Shown piece after piece: positions 40,918 through 54,772 of a stretch of 64,000 nucleotides of DNA. The notes under the pieces are model-generated. The model made no database searches, was not told where the DNA came from, and saw only the letters and a program-made list of their open reading frames with translations. Position numbers and translations under genes: made by a program. Origin of the DNA: Balanoglossus misakiensis (taxonomy: Eukaryota; Animalia; Hemichordata); the NCBI GenBank assembly GCA_040954595.2, contig CM082586.2:310001-374000 (forward strand), read 5' to 3'. How positions within the stretch are numbered: position 1 is the stretch's first letter; the number at the start of each line of letters is the position of its first letter.

Positions 40918-43272
40918 ATGTTTTCCGAGCTGAACGCGATTTTAGACTATAGCCCTACTCGACCACCACAGGTACGTGCATACATGTTGTGTAATATGCG
41001 AGTTGGTATATGTATTCTCGGCGTATATATGGCTTGGTAAATAACGAAATGGTCACAGTCAAACGTGATGTACAGTATGCCTGTAAGGTCACTCCATTCG
41101 GTGCACAGGCAGTGGAATCACTGCGTTTAGTAGTAGAAATATTGAGAGGTGAAATAAAGAATTGTTAGGAGAGAACTGAGATTATAAGTCACAAGTGTGA
41201 TCCTAAAATTCCACTTGTTCACACTTTCAATATTTGACATTTCAGGGGAAATTTATTTTATTGTCGGACAGTCTTGCAGATGGCAGTTTCCTCATTCATC
41301 ATTTTCTCTCACTGTACATTAAAGGTAAGATTATCCAGTAAGATCACCTCACTAGCTATTCCACTGTACATTTGTTGAATTGAAATAAAATGACCCTTCC
41401 ATAATCAACACTTCTACATTAACCTCTAAGTTTCCTAATCTGTTATTGTGTTTCAAAGTATCGCTATGTTAATAGTTTGAACATTTGTTTTCATTTCAGG
41501 AGGACACAGAGTCTGTTTGGTTTCACTGTCTCAATCGTTCAGTCATTACAATGCAGTGTCCCTGAAACTGGTAGGTAACTTAAACACATGCAACCATGCA
41601 CTGAAAAGGGGTCTTCAGGTCACAGCCAATGCTTTATTTCATGCAGAATTTCACTGCCATTTTAATGATAACATGTTCATAGTTCCACAAACCCCTGCTG
41701 TTCCTGTGCTTCTTTATTTTCCTCCTGTTTTGCTTTCTTTCTCTATAACTCTCTTCTTCACTCGTGTATCTCTCCCCCTCACCGTTATTTGCTTTCTCAC
41801 TCCTTCTTTCCTCCTCTGCTTTTCTTTCCACACCAGATGTCATGTGACACACACACTTGAAATGTTACAGAGAATTTGGAAGTTTGAACTGTGATTGTAT
41901 GATGGACTTCCTTTAAATGTAAGAGAGTGTTTATAGTTTTCATGTGATTGTAAAAACTAACTTGCTGTAAAAAATAACTGAAATAAACAAGCTTTGTAAT
42001 AAGCCTAAGAGATTCAGATAGTCAGAGTTGATCTGATTACCTGAGCCAAAAAGTTCACAATTAACTTGTGAATCTGATGAACATTTTTCTATTTTTGCCA
42101 GGGTGTGAACTTGACATCTGCAAGGGAAAATAAACAACTGACGTTTATAGACGGACTGAAATATTCCGCCCAATTGTTTGACGAGTCCTCCTCAGAAAAC
42201 AACCCACTGTTGTGTGTCAGGTATGTACAGCAATTAATCATTAAAAGACAAAGCTCTGGCAGTTTCACTTCAATATTCATGAGCAAATGGCATCATTGGG
42301 ATAAGCCTAGCACTGATAAATTTCTATTTTCCTGAAAATTAAAAGGTACCACACAATACCGTTTTATTGCTTTTGGGGAAAACTTTGTAATTAAATATAT
42401 TGATGAACTATCAACAATAATTGGTTTATTTCAGAAACAAAGAGAAGACACTGCAACCATTGTATGAAATGATCCGAGATAGTTTATGTAGTAATCAATC
42501 AGAGATCAACTCACCAGTTTTAGTTCTGATAGACGATTTGAGTATATTACTGACTCTTGGAGTTCCTGTGATAGATGTCTATGATTTTATGCATTACTTA
42601 ATTGTGATGCTGTGTGGACATTTGCAGGTAAGGAGATATTTATTCTGGTAATATCACGTTTATGTTAAATCAGTTTCAGGTTTTTTTGTTATGTTTACAT
42701 GTTTATTTTGTCCAAATGTCATTGTTGGTTACTGTTGGTCACAAAAGGACTATCGACAATCAAGTTTTTCTGAGTGCACTCTTTATTTTGACATTTAGCT
42801 CAAATGGTTGTGATATAAGCATTAATACTCAGCATAACTATTTTCCCATCAGTCATTAGGTTGCCTAGTGACCCTCATCCATACTGATAAAGAAGTAGAA
42901 GATGAAGAAAATGACCTCCTCCTCAGACAGCTTGGTTACCATAGTAACCTTCATCTCCATGTTGAGGGACTGTCAAGTGGGTACTGCAAAGATGTACATG
43001 GTCAGGTGAGGTTGGTTCTGTTGGCCTACCGCATAATATCACAGCCAAGTCCAAGGTCTGTTGCCCTCTATTGTAGCCCACCAATTGTGATGAGTACCCA
43101 TCATGCAATGCCAATGGTTAATAGACACCTTTTTTTTTTGCAGATATCCATTTCCTGGAGTGATCCTTGGCAGATTACACTCAACCGAGCACAACAAAAA
43201 CTTCTGCAGTACAAAATCCATGATAAAAATGTGACATTTTTTGCACCAGGTACTTCATCAGCTGTACTATGA
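40918..43272 (+). CDS. ELP6: Elongator complex protein 6, 7 coding exons
   Basis: Exons 40918-40971, 41246-41324, 41500-41570, 42102-42220, 42435-42627, 42853-43005, 43144-43272. MFSELNAIL, DGSFLIHHFLSLYIK, QSFSHYNAVSLKLGVNL, VLIDDLSILL, EGLSSGYCKDVHGQ, YKIHDKNVTFFAPGTSSAVL match ELP6. Confidence 0.94.
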
Positions 43273-44434
43273 TATTCCTTAGAAACAGCATAGCCTAGAG
43301 AATCTATTCTGAATGTTCCTACCAGGTGAGGGGTCAATACTTCCATGTCATGTGAGCAGTTTTATAGTTTGTTAAAAAGGACTGTAAAAATGAAGTGTAA
43401 ACTTCACACTTTACATCTGTAAGTTATATGAAGTCAATAAAAAACAAACACTTATGAAAGTTGTGTATAACTGGGTTTCATAACGTGTGAATTACAGGAT
43501 GGGTGAATTGTTCTCATTGGATAGAATCAGAGTATTGCATCTGGTTGAGTTTGGAACCAGTGGTGTACAGTACTGATGGCATGGATTTACAAATTGATTT
43601 AATATTTCAATATCCAACCCAGGTGGATTTGGTGGTCCTCTGTACTCTGGTGGTCTTCATACAGAAAAGATGTGCACCTCGGTACCAGTAACTAAGGTAA
43701 CTCTAGTTGTCCTGCTATTATTGTTTGGTGGTCCTTATTGTATTTGAAAAGAATTTTCCCTCGGATATTGATTCTGTGCAGTTTGCAGGTCTTCTTCAAA
43801 ATGTGACCCTCATTCCGAATTGAGTTATTTTTGTTTGAGGTCAACAAATTAAGCCAGAGACCGGAATCACATGCTAATTTTTTTTCATTTGTTCCTGTTC
43901 ATTTTAATTATTGACTGCCAGCATACATACTTTTATTATTACCAGCTTATATCGATGGAAATAATTAGTCTTTATCTTATGCTTACCCACTCATTGTCTC
44001 TGTAAGCAAAACATATATTCTGTGCTTCCCAGGAATAAGGCTACAAAAAAAAAACACTCAATAAACATTCTTCACTTCTCACATCTCCACTGCAGAGGAT
44101 ATCCTCGAATTAAAAGCCCCTGTCGATTAGGTGTTTTTTAAACCAAGGATTTGAAGTGAACCATGGTAGTGAAAGGGTTAATATTCAGTGGAAAAGAATG
44201 ACGTGCATCATGTAAACTTATGCTGGCAATATATGAAATAAAAAAGAGTTTGTCAATTAGTATAAATGTTCCAATCCCCTTAGAGCCATTTTGCAGTAAA
44301 TTAGCTCAGCAGGAATAAGTTTCCAAAATAGCATGATGGACCATATGGCAAGGCAACAGTTCCTGTTGCATTTTTTTGTGAATGAGTTGAAGGATGTCCT
44401 TAAAAGAGCTGGTATCTACCCTGACCCTGTTCTG

Positions 44435-44490
44435 TATTTAAGTGCATCTCAGTTCACCTTCACTCCAGTCGTTGTCACGAATCTGGAGAG
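44435..44490 (+). promoter_or_regulatory. Putative TATA/Inr core promoter and short non-coding first exon of SLCO paralog 1
   Basis: TATTTAA at 44435, Inr-like CCAGTC about 30 bp downstream, consensus donor AG|GTAAGT at 44490/44491. Confidence 0.5.
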
Positions 44491-46433
44491 GTAAGTAACC
44501 ATGGCCACACCCATCCCACCACGCCTTTTTTCACGTTTAGGCTTTTGCTGAGTTTTAGTAACAGTTTGCAGACCAGTTTAATATTGAAGTTGGGTATTAA
44601 TGCAAAGTGTGTAAAAACTGTCCGTTTTTAAATCTTCATTGTTATAGTACATGTAATTCGATGGGAGTATCGATAAATGCTATTTCTTTATTGGGTCCGA
44701 TTTGGACTAGAAAGTATATACCTTTAGCCACCACATGAATTGAGTGTGGAGAAAATGTTAGACTATTTTATTCCCTGAGGTATATGGCAACAGTACAGAC
44801 AGCTTCCAGACAACATAATCTACAGGACTAAAATATGCCTTTGTGTTCAATTCTTCAATGGCTTTTCGGTGTTGTTTTCGAAACAAAACCATTCCGACAA
44901 AAGTCTCGCACTTTGTTGAAGGTTTTCATTATGTAATGTCTGTATGTTGCAGACGCAACATCAGAATAGTAAATAGACTAGACGGCTATGGCACATTTGC
45001 GGGTGATTGATTACGTGAATTTTAATCTTGGATTCACATTTTCGGTTGTGCCTAATGCATGTGATAATTTCTTCAGTGGTCACATTTCTTTGCAACTTCT
45101 GAAATGCAATGACTTTTGGTTTCACGATGCACCCATGCGGCGGCCATCATCGAAGGTTTATACCTGATCACCTGATCTCAAATCTGTCAAATGGGTCCGT
45201 TCTATGTAAATCGTCACTCGTGATTTGTTGCTTACTTTTCACTGGTTGGCAGAGAAAGGTTTGTCTGGGAGATTGCGTATGGCAATGGCAATAGAGGTCT
45301 GTTTATTTAGAATAACAATGAACTTAACATTGTTTAAATATCATTTGCAATGACGTCAAGCATAATTTAGTGACCATCTCGTTCATTCTATTCGTACAAC
45401 GGAACGTAAGAGATCTGGAACAAGTAAGATAACTTTCTTTTTCATTTGATTAACTCTGATGTACTTTTGGGAGATTTTTTTCAATTGCATTTTATGGCGT
45501 GGAAACTTTTGTGTTCTTGGCCAGTTATATTCATATGCGTATCGTGGATTCGCACCAGTCTTGGTGGTTGTTAGTAGTTCCACTTCGTTTGGACCACCTG
45601 ACCTTGTCTAGTCTAAGTTGTTTGCGCGACTATTGTAAATTACCATGAGTACAATTTGTATATATGAGAATCATAGGCATAGATTTTTATTTAGAATAAC
45701 TGCACAAAGTCGATGCACTACCAAACTATTATACTTCTAACACAAAAACCGAAGTACGATTCATTACGGTGCTGATATTTGTGTTTGTGGCAAATATTAG
45801 CCTTCACTTGCATGTCAATAGTTTATGTAACTACTCATAACCAAGAACGCTGTGGTCTCGAGACGCTTTTTTCTGTACCCCATTGGCAGAGTTCGCAGCA
45901 ATGTGTTATCTGTTTTGCATGAACACGGGACCCTGGAATCAAGGTCTAAAATCTACGCTTATATCATGCATTGCTCAAATCTTCAGATACATTCTCGTAT
46001 AGTCAGTGGGAAACATACGATCGATCACCCAAGTGATGGATAGACCGAGCGCTAATTTTGCATATTAATTATATTTGCAATACCACTGGCTTCAGATATT
46101 GATGTCAGCAGAATCATATTTTAATGAGAGATGTGCAGTGTACTCTCAATTAACTTTCCATTTTTATTTTTATTGCCTTCCTGAGCCTGGGGTAAAAAGT
46201 CCATGAGCTGGTAGGGGTTTACCTCATGATGGCAGTTAGTCCAGAGAAGGTGTAATTTACAAAATTAAATTACCCCCTCTTGTCAACTTATATGGCCTTA
46301 TTTTGTTTCTCATTCACAAAACAAACACTATTTTAAAAACCAATAACTTCAAACGCCCCAAAACCCAGATGTCACGGTGGGAAGGGAACGATATTTTTAC
46401 CTTTTTTTTATGTTTTCATGAAGGGAATACACC

Positions 46434-49400
46434 ATGGCAGTTGACGATAGACCAGAAGACGACCCGACAGAGGGCGAGAATGACGACAAATTGCTCAATG
46501 GCGAAAAGAACAGCGACAACGATAAATCTGGAGGTGTCGGTGAGGTGGTCGTCTTTGATAACGACGACTACACTTGTGGAATAGGATCATGGCGGCCAAA
46601 GGGACTCCAGTTCCTTGCCAATGTTAATGTTGCTTTTGTGATAATTCTATTAGCAACAGTGACAACAACTCTTAACTTCGCTTCGTTTTCCACATCGATC
46701 GTCTGCTGGGAGCGACAGTTCGGTTTTTCATCAACGGCAATCGGGGCGTGCTTCACTTTCTTCGATGTGTCTTCTCTGGTTTTCCTTCCCGTGGTGACTT
46801 ACTTTGGCGGCCAGGTGAACAGCCATCGACCACGATGGATCGGGTTCAGCTTTTTTGCAACTTGCATGGGATTGGTCATCATTGGATCAACGCAATTCAT
46901 GTCTGATCTGTACGAGTACGGACACTTGCCGCTCAAATCTTCAAACTCTTCAATCGGACTCTGCGCACCATTGGATGCGGGAAACAGCAGCGGTTATTCG
47001 AGTCAAACATCTCTTCCCGGCTGTGACGACAAGGAGGTTTCTGGTAACAATCCGATGGTCTTATTCTGCATATTCCTGGGACTGTTTATCATGGGCATTG
47101 GAGTCACCCCACTCTTTACACTTGGCATTTCCTACATCGACGATCACGTGGAACGAAAGAAGGCGCCTATGTATTTTGGTGAGTTTGATTTTTTAATGTT
47201 TCATTAATAATGGAACGTCAAAGTACATGTAATAACTATGCCATGGAGGGAGGGTGGGATGGAGGGATTAACAGACGGAAGAACAGGGAAAGTTATTTTG
47301 ACTAGACCAGGTGCATCACTTTCATGTTTGGGCAGTGGTCAGTTTCTTCGGCCTGAAGGGGGTCAATTAGCATTGGTGGTGGTGAAAGCATTCCAGACTT
47401 GTGCAAGTCACACAAGGTGACAACATTGTTCTCGTAATTAACACTACGACTACTTCCATTGTTATGAAAATTAGACCATACCCCCTCTGACTTTTCCATT
47501 GCAGGAACTCTCTTTGCTATGTACGGCCTTGGTCCGTTGATCGGTTATCCCATGACGGCTTACTACACCAGCATTTACGTCGATTTCTACCGCGTTGACA
47601 CGTCGACCATAGAGATCAGCAAATCTGATCCGCGCTGGGTTGGTGCTTGGTGGCTTGGATTTTTTATCAACGCAACACTACTGTTATTGTTTACAATTCC
47701 TCTGTTGTTGCTGCCGAAAAAATTAAGGAAGCCCGAAGGAGACGATGAGAAGGAGAAAGAGATGACAATGACTGAAAAACTGAAAGGTAAGGAAAGCAAG
47801 ACTTCTTATGCTTCAGTCATACACTCACACACGCAACTCATTAAATACATATAAACGGATTCAATCCTGTGGAGGTGCTTTCAGGGGCTGTATATCGGCC
47901 TGCATCAGTGAATGTCGGCTTGCCTGCCCGTCTGTCTGCTTCGAATATCTGCAAACGACTGCGCATGTCACCAGGTGCACACCTGACTGTTAGCGGAATT
48001 TCAATCAGTTGTCGCTGCCTGAATATGTAAATTAGATACGGTTATGTAATTTTTTTACATCCAAAACTGACGATTGCCAAAGTCAGACCTGTCTGTTGCA
48101 ACTAAAAACCAACAATGTATTCGTTTTGTACCTTTGTGACGAGGAAGAATTTCCAAGAGCAATGAAGCGCCTTTTTACAAACTCTACTCTGATGTGTGTA
48201 ATACTGGCCATGACAACGGAATCGGCTTTGTTGAGCGCTGTGGCGGCTTTTTGTGCTAAGTACATTATGAACCAGTTCCGAACAAGCGTTTCACTGGCTG
48301 CATTCATTGTTCGTAAGTACACATTTTGTCTGACAGTTTTTCTTCAAATACATATACCACTGCCAATATATTGTCATGCGGACAAAACGTCTCGTTGGAG
48401 ATACCTGGTTAACAACCCCAAAATGGAAGTTATAACAACTAAACGAGAATTTGAATTGAGTTTGTTTTTTATTTGAAACAGCTATTGGTTTCGTCATTCC
48501 CACAACTGTCGGCATCTTTGGTGGTGGCGCTCTTCAACGACTATTCAAACCGACGCTGAGGATGGTGGCGAGGAACGCAACCTTGACACAGATTGCTTGT
48601 TTGTTAATCGTTTTTCCACTTATGTTTATCGGCTGTGATAACTACAAGTTTGCTGGGATAAACCACCCGTATCCTATTGGCAAGTGAGTTAACGACCATT
48701 GTTATTGTTGACAGATGAATTTTAGTACGGGCTTATGAAAGTTAAAACAAACATTCTTTGAATCATATGTGCACTTCTAGATATTTCTGTAATTACCAAA
48801 GTATTTTGCGACCAAACTTAATTACATGTAGGTTCGTTTGTTATGCGCATGTTTTATTATAGTATAACATCACAATCTGAGGAAAACAGTAATCGAATCC
48901 ATATTTGTGTTCCAGTGAAATTGGTAAGAGTGTTCCCCGTGGTCTCAATGCACAGTGTAATAGCGAATGTTCCTGTCCACCGAATGCACCATTTAATCCA
49001 GTCTGTGGCTCCAACGGTGTGACTTACTATTCAGCTTGTCATGCGGGATGTCAAGGGTATTCACAGCTCAGTCCTGATTTGACTAACGCGGTAAGTTATG
49101 GATGGCGGTTCTAGACTTCTTCGACAACTAAGTTCAAACGATTTTGGTACATCAAGACGTATGACACATTGAACAAAAAGTGAATACATTGCCAAAATAT
49201 ATTGTAGCCCTCAAGTTATAGTTGCCAATGGTTCAAGATGTTTCTCTTTCTTTCATAGACGTTAGCCGGATGCTCCTGTGTGGTGGATCTCAAGCCAAAC
49301 CTAGAGACAACGTATGTTGAAATTCTAGAGTTCTCCACCCCAGATGCCCTCCAAGTCGGTTCAGACGTAAAGAAAAGTGTGACTCCTGCCACAACACCCA

Positions 49401-50473
49401 TGTTAACAGTGCAAGGAATGAACGGCAATGATACCGACGTCCCCACGATCAAAGCATTGGCAGAAACGAGTTCTGATATCAACGATTACTCTTCGATGAC
49501 GTTGCAAGAGGGCGCTGCCTACCATTCACCTGAATTCACTGGATCTGCCACACTTGGTATCTGTGGAGAGCAATGTACAAATGAGCTGATAGTGTTTACT
49601 GTTCTCTTGTTCACGCTGTGTTTGTTGAAGAATTTACCACAGACACCAGCTCTTGAACTCCTGCTGAGGTACGTGTACACTGTAGACCTTTCAGATTTTG
49701 CATTAACAGAATCAACTTTTAAGGAATGGTAACTTTTATTGGCTTGAGAGTCCATTTCTTTGCTGGGGTTCACGTGGGTCAGCCTCTTTGGAAAAAGATG
49801 AATTTCTGGATTGCCATTAAATGGTCCAAATGGAACTTTCTCAAAGTTCTATCTTGACAGTTAGAGAAAATTCTCGACGCATCAAACTTTCCATGTAAGG
49901 CAAGGCGAAGTAGAATGTTATCTTTGTTCTATTTGTGGTAAAAGTAATTCATGTTATACATTGCAGGAGCGTAAAACCAACAGACAAACCCTTTGCACTT
50001 GGATTGAGGACAATGTTCTCCCAAATATTTGGTAAGGTTTTACTCATTTTTGTAAAACTTGTATTAGGGGAAAACCACTTCATTTCTGGAGGGTGGATGA
50101 TGTCTGGAAGAAAAAAATTGTTGGCCCACCCCTCCCGAAATCAAATGGCTCTCCCCTTAGTTAAACGTTTATCTTTATCTCCGTAGCTTGGATTCCAACG
50201 TCTCTCTACATCGGCGCCATCTTCGATTCGACATGCACGTTTTGGGGAAAGACACCTTGCGGAGATAGAGGGACATGCTGGGTCTACGATCTTCCTTCCT
50301 ACCGTATGAAGTTTTTTGCTGTTATACTCTGCATCAAGATTCTTAGCTTTGTCTTCTACCTGTTGACGTGGCTGACACTGAGAGGTAAAGGTGAGACAGA
50401 GAGTAAGGAGAATGGGTACAAGACAGTGGCGATGAACTCCGATGACATTTCTTTGAAGCCTACCAAAGTGTGA
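46434..50473 (+). CDS. Solute carrier organic anion transporter (SLCO/OATP family), paralog 1, complete, 8 coding exons
   Basis: Exons 46434-47178, 47505-47786, 48148-48312, 48482-48683, 48916-49090, 49259-49668, 49967-50031, 50187-50473. OATP signature [34 protein letters not shown], Kazal-like [27 protein letters not shown], and [25 protein letters not shown] at about 50523. Confidence 0.94.
50067..50156. mobile_element. 90-bp PIF/Harbinger-like mini-MITE in the last intron of SLCO paralog 1
   Basis: Imperfect TIRs of about 28 bp (GGGGAAAACCACTTCATTTCTGGAGG vs revcomp GGGGAGAGCCATTTGATTTCGGGAGG), flanked by TTA on both sides (50064-50066 and 50157-50159). Confidence 0.7.
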
Positions 50474-52226
50474 AACTGTGCAGATACATATCGCGGTAGA
50501 ATAATTATGTTATCTGCATATCAATAAAGTTATCAATCTTAGTTTTTTTTCTTGAGGTTGTTTTTTGGGAAAACAATTCTAGTACTAGCATATTCAAATA
50601 ACTACACCGAAAGTGATGAACATACACTAGATCACTCTCTGAAGGTTATGATGGTTTGATGCTTCATGTCAATTATTTGCTTATATGAATATGTAATGAA
50701 ATTTTCTAATCGGCGATATATTTATGAATTTTCTGCAAATTTCAATTTTTAATGAATTTTTATAATTAGTCATATATTTCTTAATTGTCAGGAATTTATA
50801 ATATTTAATGAACGCTTGTAATTATTAATTTTTTTATGACATTTCTGATTTGACCTTATTTGATCAAACTTACTTCAGAGATTATTCTCACAGAGATCAG
50901 ACTGTGCTGTTAGACATTCAACTGAATAATTGCCAATTTCCTTACATAAAGCATTTTTGGAAACTTGTTAGAGAACTTCTTATATTATTATTACTTTTCC
51001 GATTACATACTGCTGATTGTGCAAATCTTCGTAAAAAGACGCCATAGTCTTGAGGAACCGCTTCCCAATCGCACATTGCACGATTCAATTTCCGCAACGT
51101 AAATTTAAATATTGTATTTCATCGTGCTCTCAGCAGAGTAGTACTGCCTCGGTGGTGTGTGCCCAAAGCTCCATTCTTAGACGGGGCACATCATTTATGC
51201 GTAAATATGCAAATGAAAATCGGGGCGGGGTCATTCAGTGCTGCGGTACTTTCGTCTTCTGAGTGATGATCACCTGCCTCTGAGATACTACTAGAATATA
51301 CCCCCTTTGACGTTTGTTCAGCGGCTGATCTCAGCTTGTGGTCACCTCAAAAGGTAATTAAGATTCCTAAACACTTCTGTTTTTAAGCCGAGAAAGACTA
51401 ACACCGTTACAGTTTGAATGCCATGTACCTTGAGTGTGCTGGATCACTGTAAAGGTGCCGAGAGTTCGCTTGACCTGTTTTCCGTTTACATTAATTTACG
51501 GTCTTCTGGCCTTGTTCGTCCGTTCATGAGTATTCATGAGTATACACAAAATATGGACTTTGATGGTCGTCTAGGAAAATGACTGGAGAACTGTGTGTAC
51601 AACTTTTTACAATTTCTTGTCATATTTAAATCATATATCCGAATTTCGATTTTATAGATGTGTTGTATTTTATTATTGTACTATTTGATTACAAATGTAA
51701 TTAAGGAATATCTACGTTTCTTTAAGAGTGATCCCATGTGCAGAATTACTTTTTTTAAACTGATCAATTAAACACTGTCGTCTCGTTTCGACCTCGGTTG
51801 GAGACCCGCTGTGTTTCGACAGACGACAAATGGCTTGTAAATCTACATGTATTTGATTATCTTGTTGTTGTGTTTTCGATAAAGAAAGACCCCTTATATG
51901 GAAGTGAGGTTGCCACAGAACAATAGTGTAGTAAACCTTGAAGAAAAACAGCGCCACGGTTTTGCAAAATATTGAATGAGGAATTTCGGAAAGTTCGTGT
52001 AACTGGCTTGTATTTGGTACGCGATGTATGTCTTGCCCTGGAGTGACGTCCAACGACCTTTTTATAGGTCTCGCCTCACAATGTGCCTGCAAATGCTCAG
52101 GTCAAGCAGAATGACCCAATTTCCATTTTTCATAGCATAGCAATTCTCCTCGACAACAATAACCAAACAGTATAAATCCTTCGGTAAAAGCTTAACATTA
52201 ATCATTTCTTCTGAAAGAACCGCGCG

Positions 52227-54772
52227 ATGGTTGACGACAAAAGACAAGAGGAAAAGATGGCAATGAAAGTGGAACACCGCAAGTCAGAAAACCAGACTCA
52301 GGTGATTCTTACAGATAACGGTGACTACGCTTGTGGAATAGGATCATGGAGACCTGTAGTCCTTCAGTCTCACGCCAACGTTAACGTTGCATTCGTATTA
52401 ATACTTGTAACTACAGTGGCTACCACCTTGAACTTCGCGTCGTTGTCAACGGCAACAATTAGCTGGGAGCGACAGTTTGGTTTTTCCTCAACCTTGGTCG
52501 GAGTCTGCTTTGCCTTCCTCGATGTTTCCACCGTCATTTCCCTTCCTGTTGTGACCTACTTTGGCGGCCAGGTAAACAGCCATCGACCACGCTGGATTGG
52601 ATTCAGCATTTTGGTAACAATCATGGGTTTGGTTATCATCGGATCCACACAATTCGTGTCTGATGTTTATGAATACGGAGACTTGCCAACCGAAAGTTCA
52701 AACTCTACAGTCGGACTTTGCTCACTGGGAAATTCAGGAAACACAAGTGTTGATCCCAGCAATCTTCCTGATCCTCGTTGTGACGTCACGGGGCACTATG
52801 GAAACAATCTGACTGCTTTCCTTTGTATACTTCTGGGGCTGCTCTTGATAGGATTTGGGGTGACACCCCTCTTGACGCTAGGTCTTTCCTACGTTGACGA
52901 TTATGTACCAACAAAAAAGGCACCCATGTATTTCGGTAGGTGGACTTCTCCAAAAAAGTTATGCACAAATACGGCACTATCTCCATATATTTGTGCATCA
53001 TTTTCATGATTTTATTTTCAAATTTACCTCGGTCCAGAGAGAGTACACAACCGCGCGTGCGTATTAGAATCTCCACAAAAAGAATTCGAAATGGTGTATA
53101 GTCCGTCTACCAAAGATACGTATTCCTCTCACTAAATATTATGCTGAATCTGAATATTTCTTTTCCATGACAGGAACTCTCTATGCAATGTATGGTCTAG
53201 GCCCGTTGATCGGGTTTACAATGGCTGCTTATTACACGAGCATATACGTAGATTTCTATCGAGTTGACACGTCGAGTGTAGAGATAAACAAATCTGATCC
53301 TCGTTGGGTTGGCGCCTGGTGGCTGGGGTTCTTCGTCAACTCCTTAGTAATGATATTCCTTGCAATTCCGATGTTGCTGTTGCCAAAGAAGTTCAGAAAA
53401 TCAGAAGAAGGTGAAAATCATGTTCGTAATGGAGAGAAAACCGGAGAGATGACTCTTTCTGAAAAGATTAAAGGTAAAACTTTTTTTCCAGTACTGCGTT
53501 TATATCTTACAGTTTTGCCCAAATATGGAAAAGAATTTCAAAGCACAATGAACCGAATAGTAACAGTTTTAAATGTTTCTTTCCATGTTCGTAATGGCGA
53601 AGAATTTCCACGAGCAATGAAACGCCTCTTTTTGAACTCAACGCTAATGTTTGTCGTATTGGGCGTGACAGCAGATACAGTCCTGTTGTGCGCAGTAGTA
53701 ATATTTGCAACAAAATACATCACCAACCAGTTCAGGACCAGTGTGTCGATGGCGGCCATTATACTTCGTAAGTGAACAACCAATATTACACGTAGATAAA
53801 CACACATACGTACATATACATGTATGACAAGAACAAAAAATCAAACAATTGTAATTTTTGAGCGTATATGAGTTAGAATCCATGATATGACATGAAAATG
53901 CCAAAATGAGCAAAATTCAAAAAGTCAAGAATTAGTAATACCCATAGATATATATTTCACTATCTGTCCGGTCAGTAATGTACGAATTTTACGGTGCTAT
54001 GTTAAAATAACAACACTTACATTTGAAAATTACGATTTTCTTCCTTGCGGATAGCGATTGGTTTTATCATTCCTTCCACCACGGGTATGTTCGTTGGTGG
54101 CGCCATCCTACGAAGATTCCGACCGACATTGAGGAACATTGCCAGGAATGCATCAGTGATCAAAGCTATTTGTTTGGCATTTATAATTCCATTGATGTTT
54201 GTTGGCTGTGACAATTACACATTTGCCGGAATCAACCACCCATATTCATTCCAAAAGTAAGCTTATATTATTGCATGTGTCTTACAGATTACATTGCTGT
54301 TATAAAACGGGTATTTTGACTTCCAGAAGATCAATAACAAAACATGTATATCGCGCGTTACTTGTTTAAACGAAATCTTTCGATATCTAGGGCAATGCCT
54401 TTGACCCCAGGAAATTTTGTAGCCCGAGAAAAATAAACACATGTATTTCTAGGAGCGTGACAAAATGTCGACTTTCATTTGGTGGGACAGACGCATATCA
54501 CACTGACATTAACTAGGATGTTTTGAAATCAATCATCAGGATTTGAAATTTCTTGGTGACGTGAATCAAAACATTATGGTAAGAAAGTCTATTTCTATTC
54601 TTGCTCTAGCGAAAGTGGTGTCGGTGGTCTTAGTGCAAAATGTAATAGCGAATGTTCGTGCCCGCCGAATGCACCATTTAATCCAGTCTGTGGCTCCAAC
54701 GATGTGACTTACTATTCAGCTTGCTATGCGGGATGTCAAGGGTTTTCACAAATTCCTGGCTCAACAAACTTA
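52227..54772 (+). CDS. SLCO/OATP transporter, paralog 2 (5 coding exons visible; 3' exons not in window, satellite follows)
   Basis: Exons 52227-52935, 53174-53473, 53603-53767, 54055-54256, 54610-54772 are colinear with paralog 1. OATP signature [12 protein letters not shown] and Kazal-like exon present, with no stop codons in the visible exons. Confidence 0.9.

Noticed and set aside
43006-43143. In-frame, stop-free last intron of ELP6 (138 nt)
   Set aside because: Strong GTGAG donor and polypyrimidine-CAG acceptor, and the insertion would disrupt a conserved fold. Likely chance.
51195-51355. Octamer ATGCAAAT plus GC box as snRNA gene or SLCO-2 promoter
   Set aside because: No recognisable snRNA body. 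It could be the SLCO-2 promoter, but motifs alone are insufficient.
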